From an uncultured Methanosarcinaceae archaeon (GTDB lineage Archaea > Halobacteriota > Methanosarcinia > Methanosarcinales > Methanosarcinaceae), in contig CAVSHT010000013.1 of assembly GCA_963727895.1 (NCBI GenBank), positions 64,001-128,000 of the forward strand: a DNA stretch of 64,000 bases. Direction: 5' to 3'. Made by a program: the position numbers and the translations under genes. Positions 11,543 through 22,138 of the stretch are shown one piece after another (position 1 is the stretch's first letter; every line of letters starts with the position of its first letter). The notes under the pieces were generated by a model. The model made no database searches. It was given only the letters and a program-made list of their open reading frames with translations, and was not told the origin of the DNA.

Positions 11543-12604
11543 GTGAATCTATTGAAAACGCAACTTAAAGAAGACCGGGTCCTTGGTGGAAAGGAAGCGG
11601 TAGCTGAACTTTACAAAACTGGTTATTTCGGGCGCCTCAAACGGGAAGGGCTTGAATTTTCACTTGTTGAAGCTGCTTTTCTTCTTTCCAGGGGAAAGCT
11701 CGAGATCGAACTCGAAGGCAAACTGCTTAATTTCAAAGACTTTTTCGAGCAGGCTTCTTTGAGGCAGCCGAATTTTGAACTAAAATACATAGTTTATAAG
11801 GACCTTAAAGAAAGGGGCTATTATGTTCAGCCATCAGCTACGGATTTCCGTGTATATCCCAGAGGCAGTCATCCCGGCAAAAGTTCAGCAAAAATTTTTG
11901 TCCATGTTCAGTCTGAAAGGCAGCTTTTACCTTTAAAGCTTCTTCAGGAGTCGGTCGCCTCGGCAGAAAACGTTCATAAACAATTTATCCTTGCTGTAGT
12001 AGATGAGGAAAGTGACCTTACTTTCTATGAGGTTAAAACTGTATTTCCTGAAGGCGCCATGTCTGAGCTTTATCCTGCAATCAAAACTGATGCCACTTTT
12101 CTTGAAGACAGAGTAATAGTTTGGGATGATCAGGCTTCGGAAACTCTGTATTCTAACGGCTTTTATGGAAAAATGCTGGATTCTGAAAGGCTGCAGCTCT
12201 CTCTAGTAGAATCTCTTTACCTTTTTTCACGAGGAATAATAACGGTTAAGGACAGGAAAGGTAAAGTTTTTTCATTTGACGCGTTTATTGAAAAAGCCTC
12301 GGAGATTGAAAGTTCTTTCCTGAGAAAATACAATGCATATAAAAATCTCAGAGATTCAAGGCATGTAGTCAAAACCGGTTTCAAATTTGGGACTAACTTC
12401 AGAGTATACAGAAAAGTTGAGTCTCTTGAAAAAATTCCTCACTCGGAATACCTTGTAAATGTCATCCCTGAGGATTTCGAGTTCAGGCTTCCAGTTATGT
12501 CTGGAGCTGTCAGACTTGCAAACAGCGTAAGAAAAACAATGATTTTTGCAGTCGAGAAAGGGGAAAAAATCGAATACCTGGACATCAGCCGAACGAAAAT
12601 GTGA
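11543..12604 (+). CDS. endA: tRNA-splicing endonuclease (alpha2 type, internally duplicated)
   Basis: Two repeats (LEFSLVEA / LQLSLVES); KTGFKFGTNFRVY, HSEYLV, RLANSVRK catalytic motifs. Confidence 0.93.
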   Translation: MNLLKTQLKEDRVLGGKEAVAELYKTGYFGRLKREGLEFSLVEAAFLLSRGKLEIELEGKLLNFKDFFEQASLRQPNFELKYIVYKDLKERGYYVQPSATDFRVYPRGSHPGKSSAKIFVHVQSERQLLPLKLLQESVASAENVHKQFILAVVDEESDLTFYEVKTVFPEGAMSELYPAIKTDATFLEDRVIVWDDQASETLYSNGFYGKMLDSERLQLSLVESLYLFSRGIITVKDRKGKVFSFDAFIEKASEIESSFLRKYNAYKNLRDSRHVVKTGFKFGTNFRVYRKVESLEKIPHSEYLVNVIPEDFEFRLPVMSGAVRLANSVRKTMIFAVEKGEKIEYLDISRTKM

Positions 12605-12709
12605 GATCCTGATGAGGTTATTAGTCTAGCCGAACGAAAATGTGAGATCCTGATGAGGTTATTAGTCTAGCCGAACGAAAATGTGAGATCCTGATGAGGT
12701 TATTAGTCT
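12587..12709 (+). repeat. 41-bp perfect tandem repeat x3 that includes the endA 3' end
   Basis: AGCCGAACGAAAATGTGAGATCCTGATGAGGTTATTAGTCT x3. Confidence 0.95.
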
Positions 12710-12812
12710 AATATTCTAACTGGTATTCTAATCAAGTATCTAGAAGGCATCTTTCCTTGCTGTTAACATTTTTTAATTTCATAAAATTGAATTTTCAGCC
12801 GAGGGTAAGTAT

Positions 12813-13208
12813 ATGTGGGACATTATTGCAGTAGATATTTCTGGCAGGCACAGGATTAAAGGAGGTTACTATATGGTATGTGCAGCAGCAGCACTTACGG
12901 TTTCAGCTAATTATATTGAAAAGATCAACCAAGTCAAAATCTTGCCTTTCTGGTTAAAAAGGTCTCCTGGTCTGCTGGATATTGTACAGTTAATTGAAGA
13001 TACGGCTGACCAGCTTTCCTTTGAGGGTACGATTGTGGCAGAAAAGGGTGATATGTATAATAAACCCATATGGGTGACTGAAAGCATGTTTTCCAGAGCT
13101 TTCAAGTATCAGGAATCAATTGCTGAGAGGCGGTCGATTGAGCTTGTGCATCATATTTCCCTGAGTTCCCGTAATTTATTGATAAAAGAACTTCAAATCG
13201 AGGCATGA
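12813..13208 (+). CDS. Conserved archaeal protein (DUF2209-like)
   Basis: MWDIIAVDISGRH N-terminus; coupled to hflX. Confidence 0.7.
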   Translation: MWDIIAVDISGRHRIKGGYYMVCAAAALTVSANYIEKINQVKILPFWLKRSPGLLDIVQLIEDTADQLSFEGTIVAEKGDMYNKPIWVTESMFSRAFKYQESIAERRSIELVHHISLSSRNLLIKELQIEA

Positions 13209-14491
13209 AAATTTCAGCAGAAAAAAAATTTGGTAACGGGAGTAAAGTAATTCTCGTTAAAAGAACAGTTCCCAATTCTGATTCTGAACGTGAGGAGTAT
13301 CTCTTTCAGGAACTCCGAGAACTTACAAAAGCTGCAGGTTACTTGCCGGTTGGTGAGCTTGAGCAAACCAAGTATCCAGATTCAAAATACCAGCTCGGCC
13401 GGGGGAAAATCGAAGAACTTGCCGAACTTGTGAGTAATAAGGGTGTAGAAAAAGTAATTTTCTATAACAGACTTTCTACAACCCAGCTTTTCAATATTTC
13501 GGAAATTTGCAGATGTACGATTATAGATAAATTTCAGCTTATCCTCGAGATTTTTGCAAAAAGGGCAACTACCCACCGTTCAAAACTCCAGGTAGAACTG
13601 GCAAAATTGAGGTATGAGGTTCCAAGGGCAAGAGCTGTCGTTTCTCTTTTTACAAAAGAAGAAAGAGCAGGATTCATGGGTCTTGGAGACTACGAAGATT
13701 CTTATGAACAGGACCTGAAAAAGAGGATCACAAGAATTCAGAATGAACTTGAATCTGCAGAAAAAGATGATGAGTCTCTAAGGGCTTTAAGGCACAGGAA
13801 AGGTTTTTCTTTAATTTCCCTTGCAGGATATACAAACGCCGGAAAAAGCACTTTTTTCAACGCTATTGTAAATGAAAGTGTTGAAGCAAAGGATATGCTT
13901 TTTACAACACTTGTTCCTCTTACTCGCGCTCTGGATCTTGGAGGGAGAAAAGCTCTTCTCACCGATACCGTAGGGTTTATAGAAGATCTTCCTCACTGGT
14001 TGGTTGATGCCTTCAAGTCTACTCTGGACGAGATTTTTCTCTCGGATCTTATATTACTGGTCGTGGATGTAAGTGAAAAACCAGAGATGATCCTGCAGAA
14101 ACTTTCAACATCTCATGACACTTTATGGGATCGTATTCAGGGAGTTCCTATCATTACTGTGCTTAACAAGGTCGATATGGTTGAGGAATCTGAATTTGAA
14201 GGTATTATGGGGAAAATAGGTTACATGGCTCCGAATCCTGTATTTGTTTCGGCAAAAAAAGGTACAGGTATGGATGCTCTAAAAGCCGAAATAATCAAAA
14301 ATCTTCCTCCTTGGTGTTTTTGTTCCCTTTCTCTTCCTAATTCGGAAAAAGGAATGTCGGTTCTCTCCTGGTTGTATGAAGAAGGAATCGTACACAGGGT
14401 TGAATTCGGAGAACAAATCTTTGTGGATTATGAAGCTAGGACCGAAATTATTAATCGTGTATACGCCCTCCTTGAACCTCAAGAAGCTTAA
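13205..14491 (+). CDS. hflX: GTPase HflX
   Basis: LILEIFAKRA, KLQVELA, GYTNAGKST, LFTTL, DTVGF, NKVD. Confidence 0.95.
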   Translation: MKISAEKKFGNGSKVILVKRTVPNSDSEREEYLFQELRELTKAAGYLPVGELEQTKYPDSKYQLGRGKIEELAELVSNKGVEKVIFYNRLSTTQLFNISEICRCTIIDKFQLILEIFAKRATTHRSKLQVELAKLRYEVPRARAVVSLFTKEERAGFMGLGDYEDSYEQDLKKRITRIQNELESAEKDDESLRALRHRKGFSLISLAGYTNAGKSTFFNAIVNESVEAKDMLFTTLVPLTRALDLGGRKALLTDTVGFIEDLPHWLVDAFKSTLDEIFLSDLILLVVDVSEKPEMILQKLSTSHDTLWDRIQGVPIITVLNKVDMVEESEFEGIMGKIGYMAPNPVFVSAKKGTGMDALKAEIIKNLPPWCFCSLSLPNSEKGMSVLSWLYEEGIVHRVEFGEQIFVDYEARTEIINRVYALLEPQEA

Positions 14492-14660
14492 AAAAGTTTC
14501 TTTTGATCACACTTTTTTAAAGTTTGTTTCACGCCCTTTTTGAGCCTTAAGAAGTTTAAAAACAACTATCTGGTTATTTTCATGAAATTCGTTATATGAT
14601 TTACTTGAAACTCCAGAAACTCTTTCTTAAGAGTAAAAAGCTTTTTTAATTTTATAAAAA

Positions 14661-14801
14661 CTACTGGATTATTAACAGAGCATTTTCTAATATCTTTTTA
14701 TCAGAGGGTTTTTGCATGATCTCAATATTGTTCGTATGAGTACGAAAGATTCTATCCAAAAGTTGTTTGTTTACATGCGAACGGGCGTCTGCTGAAGACA
14801 T
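14661..14801 (-). CDS. Possible small protein (46 aa)
   Basis: GGAGG 5 nt before ATG; MSSADARSHVNKQLLDRIFRTHTNNIEIMQKPSDKKILENALLIIQ*; below the ORF-track size cutoff. Confidence 0.3.
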   Translation of the reverse strand: MSSADARSHVNKQLLDRIFRTHTNNIEIMQKPSDKKILENALLIIQ

Positions 14802-15058
14802 CAGACCCTCCTAATATCCTAAACTATACCCTTAAAACTAGATTTTTGCTATGTTTCTGCCCGTTCGTAAGTCCTCCTTCTTTTAATTTTTTAATTTCAA
14901 TAATGATATTTTTCGTAAAAAATGAACTGATTATTATTCTGTATTCTATTACATATGCAATTACAGACAGATTCTGAAAATATTTTTCTAATTTTTTTCA
15001 GCTCATTTCTTTTTCATTTCAAAATTTATATAAATCCATTTCTCCTTCTCCTGTTATC

Positions 15059-15733
15059 ATGAAATTTGATCTACACGTACATTCCGAGTATTCAAAAGAC
15101 AGTAAGTCAAGTCACGATGATATCCTTAAAATCGCAATTAAAAGAGGTCTCGATGGATTTGCTATCTGTGACCACGACACCGTAGAAGGTGGGCTTGCCT
15201 GTGAAAAAAGAGCTATGGAGCTTGGACTTGGAATTACAGTCATTCCAGGTGTGGAGGTTACGTGTTCAAAAGGGCATATCCTCGTTCTCGGAATTGACCA
15301 GAATATTGAACCTTTTCTGAGTCCAGAAGAAACGATCAGGAGAGCCAGAGAGCTTGGGGGCACGGTTATTATTCCTCACCCATTCAAGAAAAGTTCTCAC
15401 GGAATTGGAAGCTTCGAAGGGCTTGATATTGATGCCGTTGAAGTATTTAATTCGCGCTGCCTTTTCAATAAACCTAACCGGAAAGCTGCAACTGAGGCAA
15501 AGAGACTTGGATTTCCAGGTGTTGCAGGAAGTGATTCCCATATTCCTGAAATGGTAGGTCAGGCATACACAGAGATCGATGTGTCGGAAAATACTCTCGA
15601 AGCAGTACTGAATGCGATCCGTGAAGGAAAAGTTGCCCCTGCGGGAAAAAATACTCCTACATCCATAATTCTTAAACAGATGTCAGGCAGTGCTAAGCGA
15701 AAAATTAAGAAAAAACTGTTTCATAAATCCTGA
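15059..15733 (+). CDS. PHP-domain metal-dependent phosphoesterase
   Basis: DLHVHS, CDHD, GHIL, PHP, GSDSH motifs. Confidence 0.9.
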   Translation: MKFDLHVHSEYSKDSKSSHDDILKIAIKRGLDGFAICDHDTVEGGLACEKRAMELGLGITVIPGVEVTCSKGHILVLGIDQNIEPFLSPEETIRRARELGGTVIIPHPFKKSSHGIGSFEGLDIDAVEVFNSRCLFNKPNRKAATEAKRLGFPGVAGSDSHIPEMVGQAYTEIDVSENTLEAVLNAIREGKVAPAGKNTPTSIILKQMSGSAKRKIKKKLFHKS

Positions 15734-16025
15734 ATTTTAAAAATTACAGTGCCGAGTTTACAGACGGATATGGTGCTGGATATAATGCTGGAAATAAATT
15801 ATGTGGTTTCTGAACAGGCTAATGAGCAATGCTTTTTGTGACTATTGTGCCAAAAGTTCTGTAAAATTGCAAATCTCAAGAGTTATTAGGTAGAAAATCT
15901 CACATTGGCAGATCAATTTTCTCAATAGTACGCAAAAACTTGACTTCAAATTTACATCAAATTTGGAACACTGTCAAATTTAAAAAGTAGTATATATTAC
16001 CAATACTATATTTAGATGGTAAAAT

Positions 16026-17971
16026 ATGGATCTCAAAATCAGTAGATACACCTTATTAGTAGGAGCGGGGTTTACTAAAAATTTTGGAGCGCCGATTGCT
16101 TCTGAAATGTGGAACCTGATAGCTAATAATGAAATACTCCAATATCAAAAAAGGATACTAAAATTAATACAGTATGACGATAGTGGTCATAGCTTTGAGT
16201 CACTCTATCATTTTGTGATAGAAGGTTTTGAAGATAAAAATGGATTATTTGGTGAAAAAAATAAGGCATTGTTACTTAACTATATCTAGTTCTTTATTTC
16301 TTTATTTCATCAATAGAAGAACCGAGTACTTTAGCATTTCAAGACTTTTTTATAACACTTTGTCTTTCGTCTCAACCTTGCTAGAAAATGCCTCAATATG
16401 CTGTTATATCCTTCAACAGTATACGTTTCTGCTTTTGATTGAGTATGGATCTTTTCTGGAAGAAACTTTGCATATGCTCTCCAGTGATCTGTCATCACTT
16501 CTCCAATCTCTTTTTTCTTCAATTTTTCCCAGAGTAGTTTTCCAGTTTCCGTTCCTCTGCTACCAAAAGAGCAGTTGATGAACTTTTTCCCAACTCTATC
16601 AACAGCAATCCAGATCCAGCAATATTTTTTTTGTTACCGATGTAAGTGTGCATCTCATCCATTTCAACAATAGATATCTCATTTTCACTTTTTAGGTTCT
16701 CTAACTCCTGACCAAATTTCTTTATCCATCTTTGGACAGAAACATGACTCACCCCTAAAAATCGTCCTATTAAGCGAAAGCCCAATCCTTCAAGATAGAG
16801 TTGTAAAGCCTGTCTTTTTACAGAAGCGGAAAAAGCAGTTGATTTTAGCTCTACTGTATAGTTATATCCACAATCATGGCATTTGTAACGTTGACGCCCG
16901 CCAACTATACCATTCTTTTTGTAATTAGAACTATTGCATCTGGGGCAGTTCATGAAGAAATATAAGTTATAAGCATATATATCTATTTGAAGAAATATAA
17001 GTTATAAGCATATATATCTATTTTTGTTTACCACTGCCAATAATAAATATATAATATTTACAAGTGAAGAAAAAGAAGCTATGGAAAAAGCTCTTCTCTT
17101 TGCATATGAATATATTGATGAAATACTTATCACATATATAGAGGAACAAAGCCATAAAAATGAACTTACAAATGTTTCTCGTTTCACTTCTAGTTTTCTA
17201 AATAATGAAATCTTTCTACCTTCTGACGATAAAGTCTTTAAAACTTCTGATAATAAAAATTTTGTGGTTGCTCCAGACAAAAATAAAATAGCTTTTATCT
17301 TTTCGCTCAATCAAGATTTGTTTTTTGAACGAGCTTTTTCAAAATATAACAATGTCAAACTTTATCGCCCATGGGTTAAGAATGAAAATTGGGCTGGAGA
17401 CGGAAATAATAAAAAATTAACAGATTATAACTTATGTGAGCTACCTAATAAAAACGAACTATATGACAAAGAAAGTTTATCAAAAGGAAAGCATCTCCTA
17501 CTAAAACTTCATGGTTCATATGACTGTATCTATCCCAATGGTTCAAGAGCAATGATTATTGGGAAAGATAAATAATCTCAAATTCAGAAAGAACCCCTAT
17601 TAAACCTTTATTTTGAACTTTTTAAGACACCAATTTCGCATGGACAAACCTGTCTTATTATAGTAGGATCTGTTTTTGGAGATTCGCATATTAATAGGGA
17701 ACTTGCTAGAGCAGTTAAATATGGATTAGAGATATATATTCTTTCACCAAAACCACCACAAGAGTTTAAAGAAGAATTATCTAAAAGACTTAAAAAATCG
17801 GAAGATACTATAACTATATTTAATGGTATTTCGGGTTACTTTCAAGTAAAAAATATTCTATCAAATGAAGCTAACGGAAATGAAATGGAAACACTAATTA
17901 ACAACATCTCTCTTCATGATTTCTTTTGGGATAAACTCGTTTCAAAACTACCTCCAAACATCCTAAACTAA
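16026..17971 (+). pseudogene. SIR2-like (SIR2_2) domain gene disrupted by IS1 and an in-frame TAA
   Basis: LLVGAGF (16026 fragment), FSLNQD, LLKLHGS, and IIVGSVFGDSHIN after TAA 17573-17575. Removing the IS (16265-17038) plus its duplication restores the frame. Confidence 0.8.
16265..17038 (-). mobile_element. IS1-family element (copy 1)
   Basis: Ends GGCATTGTTAC / GTTTACCACTGCC; InsA (CPRC..C..C zinc finger, 16519-16953); InsB via A8 at 16625-16632; flanks AAAAATAA / AATAATAA; 3' frameshift (KTKCYKKVLKC*). Confidence 0.92.
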
Positions 17972-18092
17972 TGGTTAGAGCGAAAGAACAAAAAAGCGAA
18001 ATTTTATGAAAATATTTGCTTTTGATCTAAAAACATAAATAGTTGAAAAACAGTAAATGGTTGTAATACAAATAAAGTCAATTAAATTACTT

Positions 18093-18164
18093 GGCATTGA
18101 TACTTAAACATAGTTATATATTATTAGAAAGTATATTTCTGCATGAACTGCCCAAAATGTAATA
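18093..18164 (+). mobile_element. IS1 left-end stub truncated by IS630
   Basis: GGCATTGATACTTAAAC...ATGAACTGCCCAAAATGTAATA, nearly identical to the left end of the copy at 36428. Confidence 0.85.
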
Positions 18165-19240
18165 TAGTCACCACTTTAAATAATGCGACATTTTATGTTT
18201 AAATGTATGTTTCTCCCAAAATTCATTCATTTCTTCCTTTAATGCTTCAATATTTTTAAATGATTTTATTGACGTTAAGTTTTCTCTTGTCACTTTCCAA
18301 CAGTATTTTGTTGGGTTCCTATCTGGAGTAGCTGGAGGGAAAAATATTATTTTCAACCAATGCTTATTATTTTGATAAAATTCCTTTGCCTTTGCTGATC
18401 TATGCCATGTAGCTCTGTCCAGTAAAAGAAATATCCTTGCCCCTATATCTCTTTGAAACTTGATTAATGATTTTAAGTAAGAGTCTGTATTCTGTGTAAT
18501 TCCTAAATCATACCAATAAAACTCTCCATTTTCAGTGTACAATCCTCCAATATTGATTTTTGCTTTTGAACCACTTGTAAATTTAATAGGTTTTGAGCCC
18601 TTTATTGCCCAACATCTTGATCTATTTGAATCCACACAAAAATTACTTTCATCATGAGTAACGAATAAATGATTAGGGTTTAGTGATCTGTTTTTTGGAC
18701 TTCTCTTATAAATTATTTTTTAAGCACTTCATTTCTTCTTTTAGATTGAGGTCGATATGTGATTTTTCTCAACCCTAAATTTTTTAAAATTTGTCTCATT
18801 CTTGATTTGGAATAAGATACTCCAAATTTTTCCTTGACAAATTGAACTGCATCTTTTGTTTGCCAACCACGAGAATAAACATCATCTGTTGGTATAGGTT
18901 CTAAAAATGCCTCTCTTAACTCAGATAATTGTTCTGTAGTTAAAAAAGACTTGATTCCTCGACCAGGTTTACATTTTAGGCTAAACAAACCGTCGGTTTC
19001 AGCTCGTTTTATCCAGCGATGAACAGTTGAACGGTGAACTGAAAAATCGTCGGCAACTTTAGCGGGACTCAAACCATTTTTGACCAATAATAAGGCTTGA
19101 AGTTTAATCTGCTCGTTTTTGTTACAGGAATTTATGATAGCTGTAGAAATATCAAAAGTTGTAAACATTTCCAAACTCATATATAATATTATATACTAAT
19201 TTCAGGTATAATAATGTTGCAGTAAATACAGAGGTGACTA
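18165..19240 (-). mobile_element. IS630-family element, probably inactive
   Basis: TIRs TAGTCACC.. / ..GGTGACTA flanked by TA. HTH ORF 18713-19180 ends in a premature TAA. DDE ORF has HDES, LLDRATWH and DRNPTKYCW (K where NPxE is expected). Confidence 0.88.
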
Positions 19241-19626
19241 TAGATACTGCTATTCCATTAGGGATAGTTATCAACGAAATTGTTTCAAACTCCTTTAAAT
19301 ATGCATTTTCCGGCAGGGATAAAGGAGAAATCAGAATTAGACTTCACATAGAGGAAAAAGGAGAGAGCAAGAGTGAGGAATTTGCGAGTACCACTTATGT
19401 TCTATCCGTCTTAGACAATGGCATCGGTATACCCGAAGACCTTAAGATTGAAGACCTTGACAGCCTGGGGCTTCAGATTGTAACTTCTCTTGTCGACCAG
19501 TTAAATGGAGAACTTCAACTGAATAGAGAAAATGGAACAGAATTCACTATAAAGTTCAATGTAACAGAAAAAGATACTCAGACATCAGTGCCAGTCTCTC
19601 AACTTCAATTAGTTGATAATGATTAA
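19241..19626 (+). pseudogene. C-terminal HATPase fragment of a sensor histidine kinase
   Basis: PLGIVINEIVSNSFKYAF, DNGIGIP, SLGLQIV, GTEF; begins exactly at the IS630 end; no N-terminus present. Confidence 0.8.
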
Positions 19627-19740
19627 TCCATTTTGTATTTGGTTAAGAGATTACGAGCCTATCCAAAAAGTCAAAAACAGTGTATTTATGGTACAGCGTA
19701 TTTGTAGTTAGAATCGATCCATGACCTTGTATCCACTCTT

Positions 19741-20337
19741 TTATTCCCAAAGAGTCCTATTTTTGTCAATGAAAGCACGCTGGGTTTCTATCCTGGAAGC
19801 TGTGTAAATCAGGGCTGCTGGATGATAGAGTTTCAGGATCGTTCTTCCTTCGTGTTCTACAGGAATTCCCCATTCTAGTTTTCGTCCTGGACAAAAGGAC
19901 TCTTCTGCTGTATTACCAAGAAGTATTATAATTTTAGGGTCAAGAAGAATTATCTGTGCAAGAAGAAAGGGTTTACAGCATTTTATTTCATTAATTTTTG
20001 GTTTTCTATTTTCCGGGGGGTGACATTTGACAGTATTAGTAACCATCCAGTCCTCTTCAGAAAGTCCCATATATTCGATCATCTTATCGAGCTTTTTTCC
20101 TGCCCTTCCGTAAAACGGAATCCCAGTTTCATTTTCGCGTTTACCTGGGGCTTCTCCTATGAAAAATACTTTTGGATGAGATGATCCTTTTCCAATTACC
20201 CGTTTTATTGTACTTTTATGGAGCTGACAGCGTGTACATTTAATTATCTCTTTTCCTACAGTTGGATATCCAGCTTCAATCATCATTTTGATTCTTTCTT
20301 CAGAATCTCTACAGTTATCTTTTTCATATGTAGTCAC
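19741..20337 (-). CDS. udg: Uracil-DNA glycosylase, family 4
   Basis: CTRC, GEAPG, NTVKCHPPENRKP, YHPAA. Confidence 0.9.
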   Translation of the reverse strand: MTTYEKDNCRDSEERIKMMIEAGYPTVGKEIIKCTRCQLHKSTIKRVIGKGSSHPKVFFIGEAPGKRENETGIPFYGRAGKKLDKMIEYMGLSEEDWMVTNTVKCHPPENRKPKINEIKCCKPFLLAQIILLDPKIIILLGNTAEESFCPGRKLEWGIPVEHEGRTILKLYHPAALIYTASRIETQRAFIDKNRTLWE

Positions 20338-20580
20338 TTTCTACCTTCTTTATTATTGTATCCTGTAATCCGAAGTATTCTTAAATTATATAGCTTGTTT
20401 TTTATTGCTTTGATACAAAATTCAGTATCCATTTCATTAGACCTTAAAACAAACCTATTTATGGAAAAAATTCCATGACAAAGGTATAATCACTATTAAT
20501 GACAATAAATTTTCTAAAATTTATCTTTAAATTTTATTCTTTTATATATAAAATCTCACTCAAAAAGGTGCGCTGAGGGA

Positions 20581-21819
20581 ATGACTTCTAGAAACTTTCT
20601 CACAATCGATGACTTTGACACACGCGGAAAGACAATTCTTGTAAGGGTTGACCTGAATTCTCCTATGGATCCGCAAGGTAATATTCTGGATGATATGCGG
20701 ATTCGAAGCCATATTGCCACCTTGAAGGATCTTGAAGATGCAAAAGTTGTTTTGCTTGCGCACCAGAGCAGGCCCGGAAAAAAAGACTTCACCACAATGA
20801 AGCCTCATGCTCAACTGATGTCCAAATATCTGGGCAAGCAGGTTTTTTATGTGGATGATATCTTCGGAACTTATGCAAAGACCAGGATTGCTTCAATGGA
20901 AAATGGAGATGTTATCCTGCTCGAAAATGTAAGGTTCTATTCCGAAGAGAGCCTTGAAAGAACCCCTGAAGAACAGGCAAAAACCTATCCGGTTAAAAAG
21001 TTAGCACCTTTTGTGGATATATTCCTTAATGACGCTTTTGCCGTGTCTCATAGATCCCACCTTTCGGTAGTAGGATTTACTGAAGTCCTCCCAACCGGAG
21101 CCGGGAGAGTTATGGAAAAGGAGCTAATATCTCTGGACAGGGGGATCAAAGGAGGAGAAAGGCCAACAATTTTCGTGCTTGGAGGGGCAAAAGTGGACGA
21201 TTCGCTCCGTGTGGCTGAAAATGTACTTACAAACGGAGGAGCTGATAAGGTACTCCTGACAGGGGTAGTAGCAAATGTAGCGCTTGCGGCATCTGGTGTA
21301 AACATAGGGAAAGCAAATCTTGATTTCATCAAATCACAGGGATATGAAGACCAGATAGAAAAAGCAAAAGGTATTCTTGCGAAATTCAACGACAAAATCG
21401 GTCTTCCCAAGGACGTAGCTTTAAATGATAATAAGAAACGGGTTGAGTTACCTGTTTCAGAGCTGAATTTCAATTCCCTTCCTATAAATGACATTGGGCT
21501 TGAAACTATTGTAGATTTTACCGGTGAAATCGAGAACGCAAAAACAGTTGTCTTAAACGGCCCGGCAGGAGTTTCTGAAATTGAAGATTTTGCTCTTGGT
21601 ACCCATGAAATTATAAAAGCTGCTATTAAATCCGAGTTTTCAATTATTGGTGGTGGACATATCTCGGCAGAAGTTGCTCATCTCGGTCTTGAACATCGTT
21701 TTTCCCACATAAGTACAGGTGGAGGAGCATGTATTGATTACCTTGCAGGGGTAAAGCTTCCAGGTGTTGAGGCTCTGAAGACTGCAGCCAAAAGATATGA
21801 AGAAGCTAAGAAACTTTAA
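20581..21819 (+). CDS. pgk: Phosphoglycerate kinase
   Basis: RVDLNSP, AHQSRP, LLENVRF, DAFAVSHR, GGAKV, HISTGGGA. Confidence 0.97.
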   Translation: MTSRNFLTIDDFDTRGKTILVRVDLNSPMDPQGNILDDMRIRSHIATLKDLEDAKVVLLAHQSRPGKKDFTTMKPHAQLMSKYLGKQVFYVDDIFGTYAKTRIASMENGDVILLENVRFYSEESLERTPEEQAKTYPVKKLAPFVDIFLNDAFAVSHRSHLSVVGFTEVLPTGAGRVMEKELISLDRGIKGGERPTIFVLGGAKVDDSLRVAENVLTNGGADKVLLTGVVANVALAASGVNIGKANLDFIKSQGYEDQIEKAKGILAKFNDKIGLPKDVALNDNKKRVELPVSELNFNSLPINDIGLETIVDFTGEIENAKTVVLNGPAGVSEIEDFALGTHEIIKAAIKSEFSIIGGGHISAEVAHLGLEHRFSHISTGGGACIDYLAGVKLPGVEALKTAAKRYEEAKKL

Positions 21820-22138
21820 TTTATTAATATGCAGTTATTACTTTTGTAACAATCTTTTATATCTCGGAGTTTTTCTGTTAAACCACCACACTTTTTCTTT
21901 TTAAACAAGCTTTCTTATAGTTTGGCTCCTTAAAAGCGAAGCTCAAAAATTTACTTTAATCTTCCCTGATAAACATACTGATACTAGCTTCTAAATAAAA
22001 CGTGATCATAGTAACTGTAAAAATAGAAGTATAGCTGGCATTTGCAGCTAATACTGGTAACACTGAATATTTACAACTGATACTTGTTAAGAGTTGCAGG
22101 CCAGAATATTAAAACAAAATTGAGGTGTTGGTTCTAAT

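Noticed and set aside
11387..12709. 31-bp and 41-bp repeats as mini-CRISPRs
   Set aside because: Units are contiguous with no unique spacers, and no cas genes are nearby.
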